Assembly: GCA_964558375.1 (NCBI GenBank)
Contig: CAZLCD010000001.1
Coordinates: 17,091-81,090 of the forward strand
Direction of reading: 5' to 3'
From: an uncultured Candidatus Saccharibacteria bacterium
GTDB taxonomy: Bacteria > Patescibacteriota > Minisyncoccia > Phycocordibacterales > PALSA-1337
DNA: 64,000 bases
How positions within the stretch are numbered: the first letter of the stretch is position 1; every line of letters starts with the position of its first letter. The position numbers and the translations under genes are program-made. Under the pieces are notes generated by a model that was not told where the DNA came from, made no database searches, and saw only the letters and a program-made list of their open reading frames with translations. Of this stretch, positions 35,856-43,442 are shown one piece after another.

Positions 35856-36794
35856 TTATGGCAAAGCTAGACCTGCGGCCACGGCGTATTCGAGCGAATC
35901 GTCATGTTTTAATTTTGGAATATGATGCGCGTTTGAAAAAGCATTTCTCCAGATTTGGGCCAGCTCTACTGGAATCTTTGGATCTGGAGAGAGGTTCGAA
36001 AATCCACCAACTCGAACCGCATCACATCCAGCAAGAATAATGCGATTGATAGGTGCGCCATCACCATAGTCGAGCCAATACGTATAGACTTTATTTAATT
36101 CTCTTTGAAGAATCGAAATATCTGCACCTTTCTCTATAGCTAGGGTTGAAGTGAAGCACACTACCCCGCCACAGACAATATATATACCCACTTTTCTGTT
36201 CATGCTATTTACAATTATCTGAGTCTCAATTGAATCCCTAGGAACCACCGCATGTGCTATGGCCTTGGCTTGTATTTCAAAAGAAATCACTTGAACTCCA
36301 GCCGCAGAAATGACCTTGAGATAAGAATCGACCAACTCTTTGGGAGCCACCGAAACACTTGCTTGAATTTTACCATTTTTATTTATATCAGGAATTCTGT
36401 CATAGAAAAATATCGCGTCCTTGGCTGCTAGAGGAACATTTTCCTCGAGCTTGAAGTCAATTTTTTGACGTATCTCATCTTCGCGAGCATTGGCAATTTC
36501 TGTTTTAAAAAGATACATGCGTTCTTCTGGTAGCGAAGCCTTAACCGTATGTATTCTCAAACTCTTGGTCAAAGAATGAATAGCCGCCCCAAGTTCCGCT
36601 TCGTTTTTTATATGACCACCCTCTACTACCCCAGCCTTTAGGGGAATGGAGCCGTAGCGATGCAGCTTATAGCTACTTATGCCTTTGGAAAAATCTATAC
36701 AGTGGACAGCGTCGTCAGAAATATCCAAGCCTGCATAGTGAATATTCAGAAACTTTGGCGGTGGAAATAATTTGAAAAATGTCTTGGTAAACAT
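35856..36794 (-). CDS. pilM: Type IV pilus assembly ATPase-fold protein PilM
   Basis: Actin-like fold protein with AGLDISDDAVHCI N-terminus typical of PilM. Confidence 0.7.
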   Translation of the reverse strand: MFTKTFFKLFPPPKFLNIHYAGLDISDDAVHCIDFSKGISSYKLHRYGSIPLKAGVVEGGHIKNEAELGAAIHSLTKSLRIHTVKASLPEERMYLFKTEIANAREDEIRQKIDFKLEENVPLAAKDAIFFYDRIPDINKNGKIQASVSVAPKELVDSYLKVISAAGVQVISFEIQAKAIAHAVVPRDSIETQIIVNSMNRKVGIYIVCGGVVCFTSTLAIEKGADISILQRELNKVYTYWLDYGDGAPINRIILAGCDAVRVGGFSNLSPDPKIPVELAQIWRNAFSNAHHIPKLKHDDSLEYAVAAGLALP

Positions 36795-36822
36795 GTGAGC
36801 TTGCCCACTATTATAACATACC

Positions 36823-37425
36823 CTATTTCCTAGTTTTCAAAAATTCAATGATTGGCGGAATAAAGGAGATTACGATTATTATTAAAACAATCGGCGTTAA
36901 GTATTTTTCGGCATCAGGAATGATATTGCCCAAAATATAACCGAGCCCAAGCATTCCCCAAGTCCAGATGAAGCCACCGACAATATTGTATTTGATAAAT
37001 GTTTTGTATTCCATGCCGGCAATACCAGCCACTATCGGCGCGAAGGTTCTAACAATGGGGATGAACCTGGCTAGGATTATGGTTTTCACGCCGTGCTTTT
37101 CATAAAATCTCTGTGCATGTTCAATATGCTTTTTGTGAAAAAAAATCGAATCCTCCTTTTTAAAAATCATCGGTCCGGTTTTGCGGCCAAAAGAATAGCC
37201 GACACTATCGCCAATCACAGCTGCCAAGAAACATAGTATGAGCAACCAGAAAATCGATATCAAATCTTGCGAAGCCAAGAATCCAGCGGTGAACAGAAGC
37301 GAATCTCCCGGCAAGAAAAAGCCGAAGAATAACCCGGACTCGGCAAAGACAATAAAGACAACACCGAGCAAGCCCAAGGTTTTTATAATAATTAGCGGAT
37401 CAAGCAAATTGTGTAGCCATTCCAT
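36823..37425 (-). CDS. DedA family membrane protein
   Basis: DedA signature (FAESGLFFGFFLPGDSLLFTAGFLAS...GRK.G). Confidence 0.7.
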   Translation of the reverse strand: MEWLHNLLDPLIIIKTLGLLGVVFIVFAESGLFFGFFLPGDSLLFTAGFLASQDLISIFWLLILCFLAAVIGDSVGYSFGRKTGPMIFKKEDSIFFHKKHIEHAQRFYEKHGVKTIILARFIPIVRTFAPIVAGIAGMEYKTFIKYNIVGGFIWTWGMLGLGYILGNIIPDAEKYLTPIVLIIIVISFIPPIIEFLKTRK

Positions 37426-37451
37426 AATTGTTTTTCTATTTTACTTATTTT

Positions 37452-37856
37452 TTATTTTGCTTTGGTGCCTGCAGGAATATTTGCACTCGGCTCAAGTAAA
37501 GAAAAGGCGCCTTCGGGAGTTGAGAGAGCAAAAAGCATTCCATTACTTTCAAAACCTTTTATCATACGAGGCTCTAGATTGGTCACGAACATGCAGGTTC
37601 GGCCGATAAGGATCGTCGGATCAGGAAAGTACGTTGAGATACCGGAGACAATCTGACGAGGAGAGCCCTCCGCAAAGTCCACCATGAGCTTCAATAGCTT
37701 GTCCGTCTCAGGGATTTTCTCAGCAGAAAGTATCTTACCGCTTTTTATTTCTACCTTTGCAAAATCTTCGTAGGAGATTTTTGATGTATTATTTTTTAAT
37801 ATGTCTTCCATATGTTTTATATATTTTATCTTACTATTTTGATCTCCTCTTATCAA
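37452..37856 (-). CDS. tRNA-binding domain protein (CsaA/Trbp111/MetRS C-terminal domain-like)
   Basis: OB-fold tRNA-binding pattern (KVEIKSGKILSAEKIPETDKLLKLMVDFAEGSPRQIVSGI...VTNLEPRMIKGFESNGMLFA). Confidence 0.7.
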   Translation of the reverse strand: MIRGDQNSKIKYIKHMEDILKNNTSKISYEDFAKVEIKSGKILSAEKIPETDKLLKLMVDFAEGSPRQIVSGISTYFPDPTILIGRTCMFVTNLEPRMIKGFESNGMLFALSTPEGAFSLLEPSANIPAGTKAK

Positions 37857-38229
37857 GAAAGCTTTGAAGTATCAGAGCTGCAGCGGAAGCATCAAGCATA
37901 TCGTTTTTACCCTGAAATCTTTCAGCATTGGCACTAGTCATGAACTCTGGTTCGAGATGTACGATGAATCCCTCCTTCTCCAAATCCATTTTAAAATTGA
38001 GACTTTCAGGCAAAATAGTGTTGGCCTCCCCTTTATAATTTTTCGACTCCCCTATTACTATTTCTTTTACTTCTTTTGTTTTGGCGACAGAGACCACATC
38101 TGCCAAAACTTTCTCTCTTAGATGTTTCGAATTATTCAGCACAATAAGTGGCATAGCAAACTGCCCTTCTTCATCAGAAAAGGCAATGCCTACGCGCTTG
38201 GATCCATAGTCGATACCGAGGAGTTTCAT
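37834..38229 (-). CDS. ruvX: Holliday junction resolvase-like RNase H fold protein RuvX/YqgF
   Basis: MKLLGIDYGSKRVGIAFSDE N-terminus typical of YqgF. Confidence 0.85.
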   Translation of the reverse strand: MKLLGIDYGSKRVGIAFSDEEGQFAMPLIVLNNSKHLREKVLADVVSVAKTKEVKEIVIGESKNYKGEANTILPESLNFKMDLEKEGFIVHLEPEFMTSANAERFQGKNDMLDASAAALILQSFLDKRRSK

Positions 38230-38297
38230 GGGTTTAGTGTACTCTAAGTTGAATTTTGTAGCAAAATATGGGAGTATTTGAGAGTTATGAAGTATAC

Positions 38298-38384
38298 GGA
38301 TGGGTGCCAGAGTGGTCTAATGGAACAGTCTTGAAAACTGTCGCCCGCGCAAGTGGGCCGTGAGTTCGAATCTCACCCCATCCG
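38298..38384 (+). tRNA. tRNA-Ser (anticodon TGA), long variable arm
   Basis: GGATGGG acceptor, anticodon stem ACAGT/ACTGT with loop CTTGAAA, long variable arm, T-arm TGAG-TTCGAAT-CTCA. Confidence 0.8.
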
Positions 38385-38390
38385 CAGATT

Positions 38391-38885
38391 ATGGAGATCT
38401 TAGAATCAAAAATAAATAGAGCAAAAGAACTAATTTATACAAGTAGACATATTTCACTTGCTACTACAAATGCAGACGGTTCACCTCACAATAGTCCTGT
38501 TAGATTTTTCTATGATGAAAAACTTGAAAATATATATTGGGGTTCAAATACCGAAGCTTTACATTCTCAGAATATACTAAGAACTGGTCAGATATTTGCG
38601 GTTTTATTTGATAGGATAGAATACGGTGGAGTTTATATAAAATGTGAAGGTGGTCATATACTTGAGGGGAAAGAATTAGAAGTTGGATTGGAAATTACCA
38701 ACTCTTCGAGGACAAAGGAGGGGCAACAAAAAATTAATTTGGATTATTATTCAGAAGGAAGTGTTCAGAAAATGTGGTCAGCAAAAATTACTAATATTTG
38801 GATAAATATGCCAGTGAGAGATGAGAATGGTTTTATATTAAGAGATGAGAGAGTAGAATTAGACAGAAATATTTTAAAGTTCTAA
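38391..38885 (+). CDS. Pyridoxamine 5'-phosphate oxidase-like FMN-binding family protein
   Basis: PNPOx-like split-barrel pattern (ISLATTNADGSPHNSPVRFFYDE...). Starts 7 nt after tRNA-Ser. Confidence 0.6.
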   Translation: MEILESKINRAKELIYTSRHISLATTNADGSPHNSPVRFFYDEKLENIYWGSNTEALHSQNILRTGQIFAVLFDRIEYGGVYIKCEGGHILEGKELEVGLEITNSSRTKEGQQKINLDYYSEGSVQKMWSAKITNIWINMPVRDENGFILRDERVELDRNILKF

Positions 38886-38907
38886 ACGCATCTAGCTACT
38901 CCCGCAC
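38881..38907. repeat. Direct repeat copy 1 (pairs with 39801-39827)
   Basis: tctaaacgcatctagctactcccgcac vs tctgaacgcatctagtcactccctcag. About 24/27 identical, flanking a higher-GC two-gene cassette. Confidence 0.5.
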
Positions 38908-38981
38908 TAGACGATATATACTTTATGTGTTAATATATTTTCAGACTGACAATTTCGTCATCTGAACAAAAAAGGTAAATC

Positions 38982-39383
38982 TTGAATACAATAGAACTTG
39001 CAAAGATGCTAATGGAAAAATTAGACATCTCGTATGTTGAGCTCGCTATACAGTGTGGACTTAAGCGACAAACTGTTTACGAAAATCTTCAACGTGCCGC
39101 TTCTGGCAAATCAAAAAGGGAAGGTTTTCATATGATGGTGCTACGACTTGCTCTAAAAAATGGCTTCGAAGCTGAAGCACTAACGGTTCTCTTCGGGGAA
39201 AGTAAATCACTGAGAGTTTCTAGTTTAACTCGTGCGGGAATCATGTATCCTGACCTGACTCTGTACGAATTATCCAAACTCCGCAATGCTGAGGAGGTGA
39301 CCCGCATGTCGTCGCTTCCCGCTGAAGTCATCAAGTCTATCATCGAGGAATCCCGTTCCAAAGGAAAAAATGAGAAAAAATGA
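38982..39383 (+). CDS. Hypothetical HTH-containing protein (higher GC)
   Basis: Helix-turn-helix-like segment ELAIQCGLKRQTVYENLQ. GC about 47%, against about 33% in flanking DNA. Confidence 0.4.
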   Translation: MNTIELAKMLMEKLDISYVELAIQCGLKRQTVYENLQRAASGKSKREGFHMMVLRLALKNGFEAEALTVLFGESKSLRVSSLTRAGIMYPDLTLYELSKLRNAEEVTRMSSLPAEVIKSIIEESRSKGKNEKK

Positions 39384-39712
39384 AAACATCAAATAAGGTC
39401 CGTAAGGCGGCCCTGAGGCAATACCCAAGGAAGCTCGCCAAACTCCGTTCCCTAGTGAGAAAAGGAACCAAAAACCATGAAGCTGTGCGAGAAACAGCTG
39501 AGGAAGTTCTTGGACTGCTGCAACTTCTCTTCCCTGTCGCACAGAAATGTAAGGGTGTGGATGATGTGGAAGCCATCGGAATGAGGGTTCGAGGAGGTCT
39601 CGGTTTTTGCTTGGAATGTGATAACCCTCCATTACCTCCAAATAATATCCTTTGCAAAGAGTGCCTTACTAAATTCCACGGAGGATATTCCTCAGCCTGT
39701 ACAAGGAAGTAG
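39380..39712 (+). CDS. Hypothetical basic protein with C-terminal CxxC...CxxC zinc-ribbon (higher GC)
   Basis: 4-nt ATGA overlap with the upstream HTH gene. C-terminal CLECDNPPLPPNNILCKEC. Confidence 0.4.
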   Translation: MKTSNKVRKAALRQYPRKLAKLRSLVRKGTKNHEAVRETAEEVLGLLQLLFPVAQKCKGVDDVEAIGMRVRGGLGFCLECDNPPLPPNNILCKECLTKFHGGYSSACTRK

Positions 39713-39800
39713 AGATGCCCTCAACCGAACCACAAGGCCAGTGAACTTCATCACTGGCTTTTTTACTGAGTTTAAATTTAATACTCTTCAGATCTATAGT

Positions 39801-39827
39801 TCTGAACGCATCTAGTCACTCCCTCAG
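39801..39827. repeat. Direct repeat copy 2
   Basis: See copy 1 at 38881-38907. Confidence 0.5.
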
Positions 39828-39849
39828 ATTAGTTTTATAATAACCCCCT

Positions 39850-40482
39850 ATGCCCCACCATCTAAATGAAGAATATGTGTTGGCTGAGATAGAAAAATTA
39901 AAGTACCCTTACGGACTTAATAGTGTAATAAGATTTAATTTAAAAAGAGAAGAAACTTTTCAAACCCAAAGTGTAGCTGAGCATGTAACAAACATGATCT
40001 TTCTGGCCCATTACTTTCGAGACCTTGAAGACCCTCGACACGAACTAGATTTTGAAAAAGTAATCAAGCTTATAATGACGCATGATATGGGTGAGATCGA
40101 GACGGGTGATGTGATTGTTGTTCACAAAAAAGAAAGTCATGAAATTTTAGAAAGAGAGGCGATCAAGTTGGTCAGACAAAAATCTCCAGAATTTATTGCA
40201 AAAGAAATAGAGAGTCTATACGAAGAATTTGAGAGTCCAGAAACACAAGAAGGTAGGTACGCAAGAGCTATTGATAAGCTTGAGGGTCAGATGTTTTGGA
40301 TGGATAAGAAAGGAGTAGAAATGGTAGTTCATATACACAAGACGGTTGGATTGAAGACAAAGATTGTTCATCCTATACATATGAAGAAAGTATTTGATAT
40401 GCTAGATGACTACAACTTCCCTGTTATAAAAAGATTTCTAGAGGTTATGGAGAAAAAGAAGTATTCGTATGGGGTGATCTAG
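39850..40482 (+). CDS. HD-domain phosphohydrolase, YfbR-like 5'-deoxynucleotidase
   Basis: YfbR-type motifs (ETFQTQSVAEHVTNMIFLAHYF; THDMGEIETGDV). Confidence 0.65.
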   Translation: MPHHLNEEYVLAEIEKLKYPYGLNSVIRFNLKREETFQTQSVAEHVTNMIFLAHYFRDLEDPRHELDFEKVIKLIMTHDMGEIETGDVIVVHKKESHEILEREAIKLVRQKSPEFIAKEIESLYEEFESPETQEGRYARAIDKLEGQMFWMDKKGVEMVVHIHKTVGLKTKIVHPIHMKKVFDMLDDYNFPVIKRFLEVMEKKKYSYGVI

Positions 40483-40534
40483 GAAGACTTAAATAAATTG
40501 CAGAAACAGCAAAAATCTGTTAGATTTTCTAAAT

Positions 40535-40607
40535 GCGCCTATAGCTCAGTCGGTAGAGCATCTCCCTTTTAAGGAGTGGGTCGTTGGTTCGATTCCAACT
40601 AGGCGCA
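40535..40607 (+). tRNA. tRNA-Lys (anticodon TTT)
   Basis: GCGCCTA acceptor, D-arm GCTC-AGTCGGTA-GAGC, anticodon loop CTTTTAA, T-arm GTTGG-TTCGATT-CCAAC. Confidence 0.85.
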
Positions 40608-40611
40608 CAAA

Positions 40612-41124
40612 ATGAGCAAAGACGAAACTATCCCTGAATTTGGAATTAAAAGGGAAAATGAAGAACGTAGAGATGGTGGATGTGCTGTTGTTTTTGATCC
40701 GCAGACTCAAAAGTATGCGGTGGGTAAACAGACAAAAGATGGCCTATTTAGATTATTTTCTGGTGGAGTTGATGCAAGTGAAGATATCCAGGAAGGTGTT
40801 CTGCGTGAAGTAATTGAAGAGAGCGGGCTTAATGATTTTAAATATATAGAAAAGATTGCGGAAGCTTTTTCTCACTATCACAATAATCTGCGCAATGTAA
40901 ATCGAGTCGCTAAAGCCACTTGTTTTTTAATTATTCTTAAAAGCACAGACCTTACCGATGTGAAGCTTGAAGAGCATGAAAAGTTTACCTTGGCATGGGC
41001 TACAGCAGAGGAGATTATCTCTAATTGGCAGTCAAGAAATCAGAACAAAGATTATGATCATTGGATTTATTTTTTTAATAAATCTGTAGCTAGAGCAAGG
41101 GAGTTGGGGTATGTTCCAAAATAA
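40612..41124 (+). CDS. NUDIX hydrolase
   Basis: Canonical Nudix box GGVDASEDIQEGVLREVIEESGL (Gx5Ex7REVxEExGL). Starts 5 nt after tRNA-Lys. Confidence 0.7.
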   Translation: MSKDETIPEFGIKRENEERRDGGCAVVFDPQTQKYAVGKQTKDGLFRLFSGGVDASEDIQEGVLREVIEESGLNDFKYIEKIAEAFSHYHNNLRNVNRVAKATCFLIILKSTDLTDVKLEEHEKFTLAWATAEEIISNWQSRNQNKDYDHWIYFFNKSVARARELGYVPK

Positions 41125-41247
41125 ATTTGTCTTTTTTAAATTATTTTGATAAGATTGTAACGTGCTTGAAGGGCTTATGCTCTCTTACGGCTTTCCGCTG
41201 TTACAAGCACAACAAAATACATCGCTTTACTGCGGTGTTTTTTGTTT

Positions 41248-41715
41248 CTATTCCTCATCCCCTATTCCAGAGTGGAGTATCCTGTCATTATCCTTATTTG
41301 TCTTCCAATAAGGAATTATGCTCCAAAAAAATTTATTACCATTTTCTATTTGTTTTATTACCACCCTAATACGCTTAGAATCTAATATTGCTATGAATTC
41401 AAAATAAGTAACATCTTTTAATACATACTCCCAGCGAGAGTTATTTTTAACTAATTCAAAGCTTCGACCATTTCTCTTACCTTGTAATGTGTGAGAACTA
41501 GAGATAATTATGGGCGCATACTTTAATATCCTAAATCTTCTATATTGATCCTCCTGTAACCTTTTTGAATTTCTCTTTTTAAATTCAATATGCTCAAATC
41601 CTTTTTGATTAAAAGAGACTTGTCCCTTAAAATACGGACAATAGGCCTCTATTAGAGTTTTATAATAAATCTCCATTTCTTCCTTCAGTTTTTTGAGTTT
41701 TTCTTCATCTGACAT
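41248..41715 (-). CDS. Hypothetical protein
   Basis: ORF with charged N-terminal helix, no motif recognised. Confidence 0.4.
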   Translation of the reverse strand: MSDEEKLKKLKEEMEIYYKTLIEAYCPYFKGQVSFNQKGFEHIEFKKRNSKRLQEDQYRRFRILKYAPIIISSSHTLQGKRNGRSFELVKNNSRWEYVLKDVTYFEFIAILDSKRIRVVIKQIENGNKFFWSIIPYWKTNKDNDRILHSGIGDEE

Positions 41716-41859
41716 AATTATTGTAATATTGATAATAATGATATCAATTATATAGATCGGACATTAAGAAAAGATAAAGGAAAAATAAAGATTTGATAAA
41801 GATCTCAACTAGACAATGGTTTTTAAATAATAGGAAGCCATACAGGGCCCTCCTCCCCT

Positions 41860-42780
41860 TCAAAAAACTACCCTCCCAAGCCACCCCCTAGAATCATCAA
41901 CCTCCCCCATTCGAATATCGTTGTAGGTCTTCATAAATTCCTTTGTGATTTTATTTTGTGGGATTACTTTACCATCTATACTTTTTATGGAAACGATATT
42001 AGCCGAACTACCAGAGAGAAAGACTTCATCAGCATTGTACAATTCTTCTTTTGTAATCTTTTTCTCTACGCATTGAACACCCTTCATCTTGGCAATTTCT
42101 ATAACAGTATTTCTCGTGATACCTTCTAGAATGTCACTATCAGTATCTGGTGTAAAAAGTACTCCATCCTTTATCACAAAAACATTTGCCACAGTCGCCT
42201 CAGAGACATGACCAGCGCTATTTAGAGAAATGGCTTCATCAAAACCTTTAAGTAAAGCTTCATTTTTTATGAGGCAAGCATTGGCATAACTTCCATTGAT
42301 CTTAGCCTTGGGAGGTATCATATTGTGAGCAATGCGTATCCATGAAGAAATGCAGGTATTTATTTCTTCTTTACCGTAGAAAGATTTTGCAGGAATAATA
42401 TACATAGACATATCAGTTTTCAATCCACTCATGCGAGTACCAATAGCGTTCTCATCAATAAAATACGCGACACGCACCAATGCATTTTCTTTAATATTAT
42501 TTTTATAAATCAAATCCTTCACAACTTTTTCAAATGCATCATATGAAATAAAATCAGCAAAAGGATTCATACTGACAATTAAGCTTGATTTGCACAGTCG
42601 ATTATAATGATCTTTCAATCTAAAAGTATAGAGCCCATCTGTTCGCGAAATAATATTGAAAACCGTATATACACTCATACCATATAGAACGGAGGAACTA
42701 GCGATGCTTAGATTTGCATCTTTAAATGGGACGAAGTCACCACGAAGATAGCTGATTGTATTTTCTAGTTTGAATGACAT
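41860..42780 (-). CDS. Class IV PLP-dependent aminotransferase (IlvE/DAAT/PabC-like)
   Basis: Fold-type IV pattern (GDFVPFKDANLSIASSSVLYGMSVYT...NVFVIKDGVLFTPD...). Confidence 0.7.
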   Translation of the reverse strand: MSFKLENTISYLRGDFVPFKDANLSIASSSVLYGMSVYTVFNIISRTDGLYTFRLKDHYNRLCKSSLIVSMNPFADFISYDAFEKVVKDLIYKNNIKENALVRVAYFIDENAIGTRMSGLKTDMSMYIIPAKSFYGKEEINTCISSWIRIAHNMIPPKAKINGSYANACLIKNEALLKGFDEAISLNSAGHVSEATVANVFVIKDGVLFTPDTDSDILEGITRNTVIEIAKMKGVQCVEKKITKEELYNADEVFLSGSSANIVSIKSIDGKVIPQNKITKEFMKTYNDIRMGEVDDSRGWLGRVVF

Positions 42781-43415
42781 AGGATAATTTCTTCAAGTTT
42801 TGTTTCAAGTTCATACTTCCCTCGTCTTGATTCATGATAAATATCAATGAGTTTTTCGAGGGTCGGATATAAGTCTTTTTCACTTATTCCATTCAAAATC
42901 ATGGTTTTGACTTTCCAGAAGATCATACCATGAATAGCTTCCACAGCCTCGCCTTTATCGATCGCTTTTCTATACAATACCCAAGCCTCTTTTTTATTTC
43001 CCCGACCAAAAGCATCAGCCAAAGCGAAGGCATTGTACTCGGATTTTAAAGATTTTTCTACCAGATCAAACATCATAGTCTTCTCTGCTTTCTTTTCGAT
43101 TTTTGTAATGGTAGCTTTATCGAGTTTACCTTCCATTACAATAAAAATGTTTTCTGATTCAGAAATTGCTTTTAAGTTCTCTATGAATCCTTCTTTATTT
43201 TCTTTTTTGGCACACAGCCTATCGAGAAGTAAGATGCCTTTGCTTACAAAAAGTCCTTGATTGCTCGTATATTCTTCAAGTCTAGATGCATCGAAGTTTT
43301 CTTCATCAATTTTTAAGAAAAATGCATCAGGTTTCTTTTTTCTCAAAGAATTTACAAGTTCCAAAGCTTTGGTCTTAACTTTCTCAATATCTGTACCGTG
43401 ATAGAAATAAATCAT
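42765..43415 (-). CDS. holA: Possible DNA polymerase III delta subunit-like protein (short)
   Basis: Weak N-terminal clamp-loader delta-like pattern (MIYFYHGTDIEKVKTKALELV...). Adjacent to polA. Low confidence. Confidence 0.35.
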   Translation of the reverse strand: MIYFYHGTDIEKVKTKALELVNSLRKKKPDAFFLKIDEENFDASRLEEYTSNQGLFVSKGILLLDRLCAKKENKEGFIENLKAISESENIFIVMEGKLDKATITKIEKKAEKTMMFDLVEKSLKSEYNAFALADAFGRGNKKEAWVLYRKAIDKGEAVEAIHGMIFWKVKTMILNGISEKDLYPTLEKLIDIYHESRRGKYELETKLEEIILCHSN

Positions 43416-43442
43416 AGTTTTATATATTTTCTGTGTGGTTCT

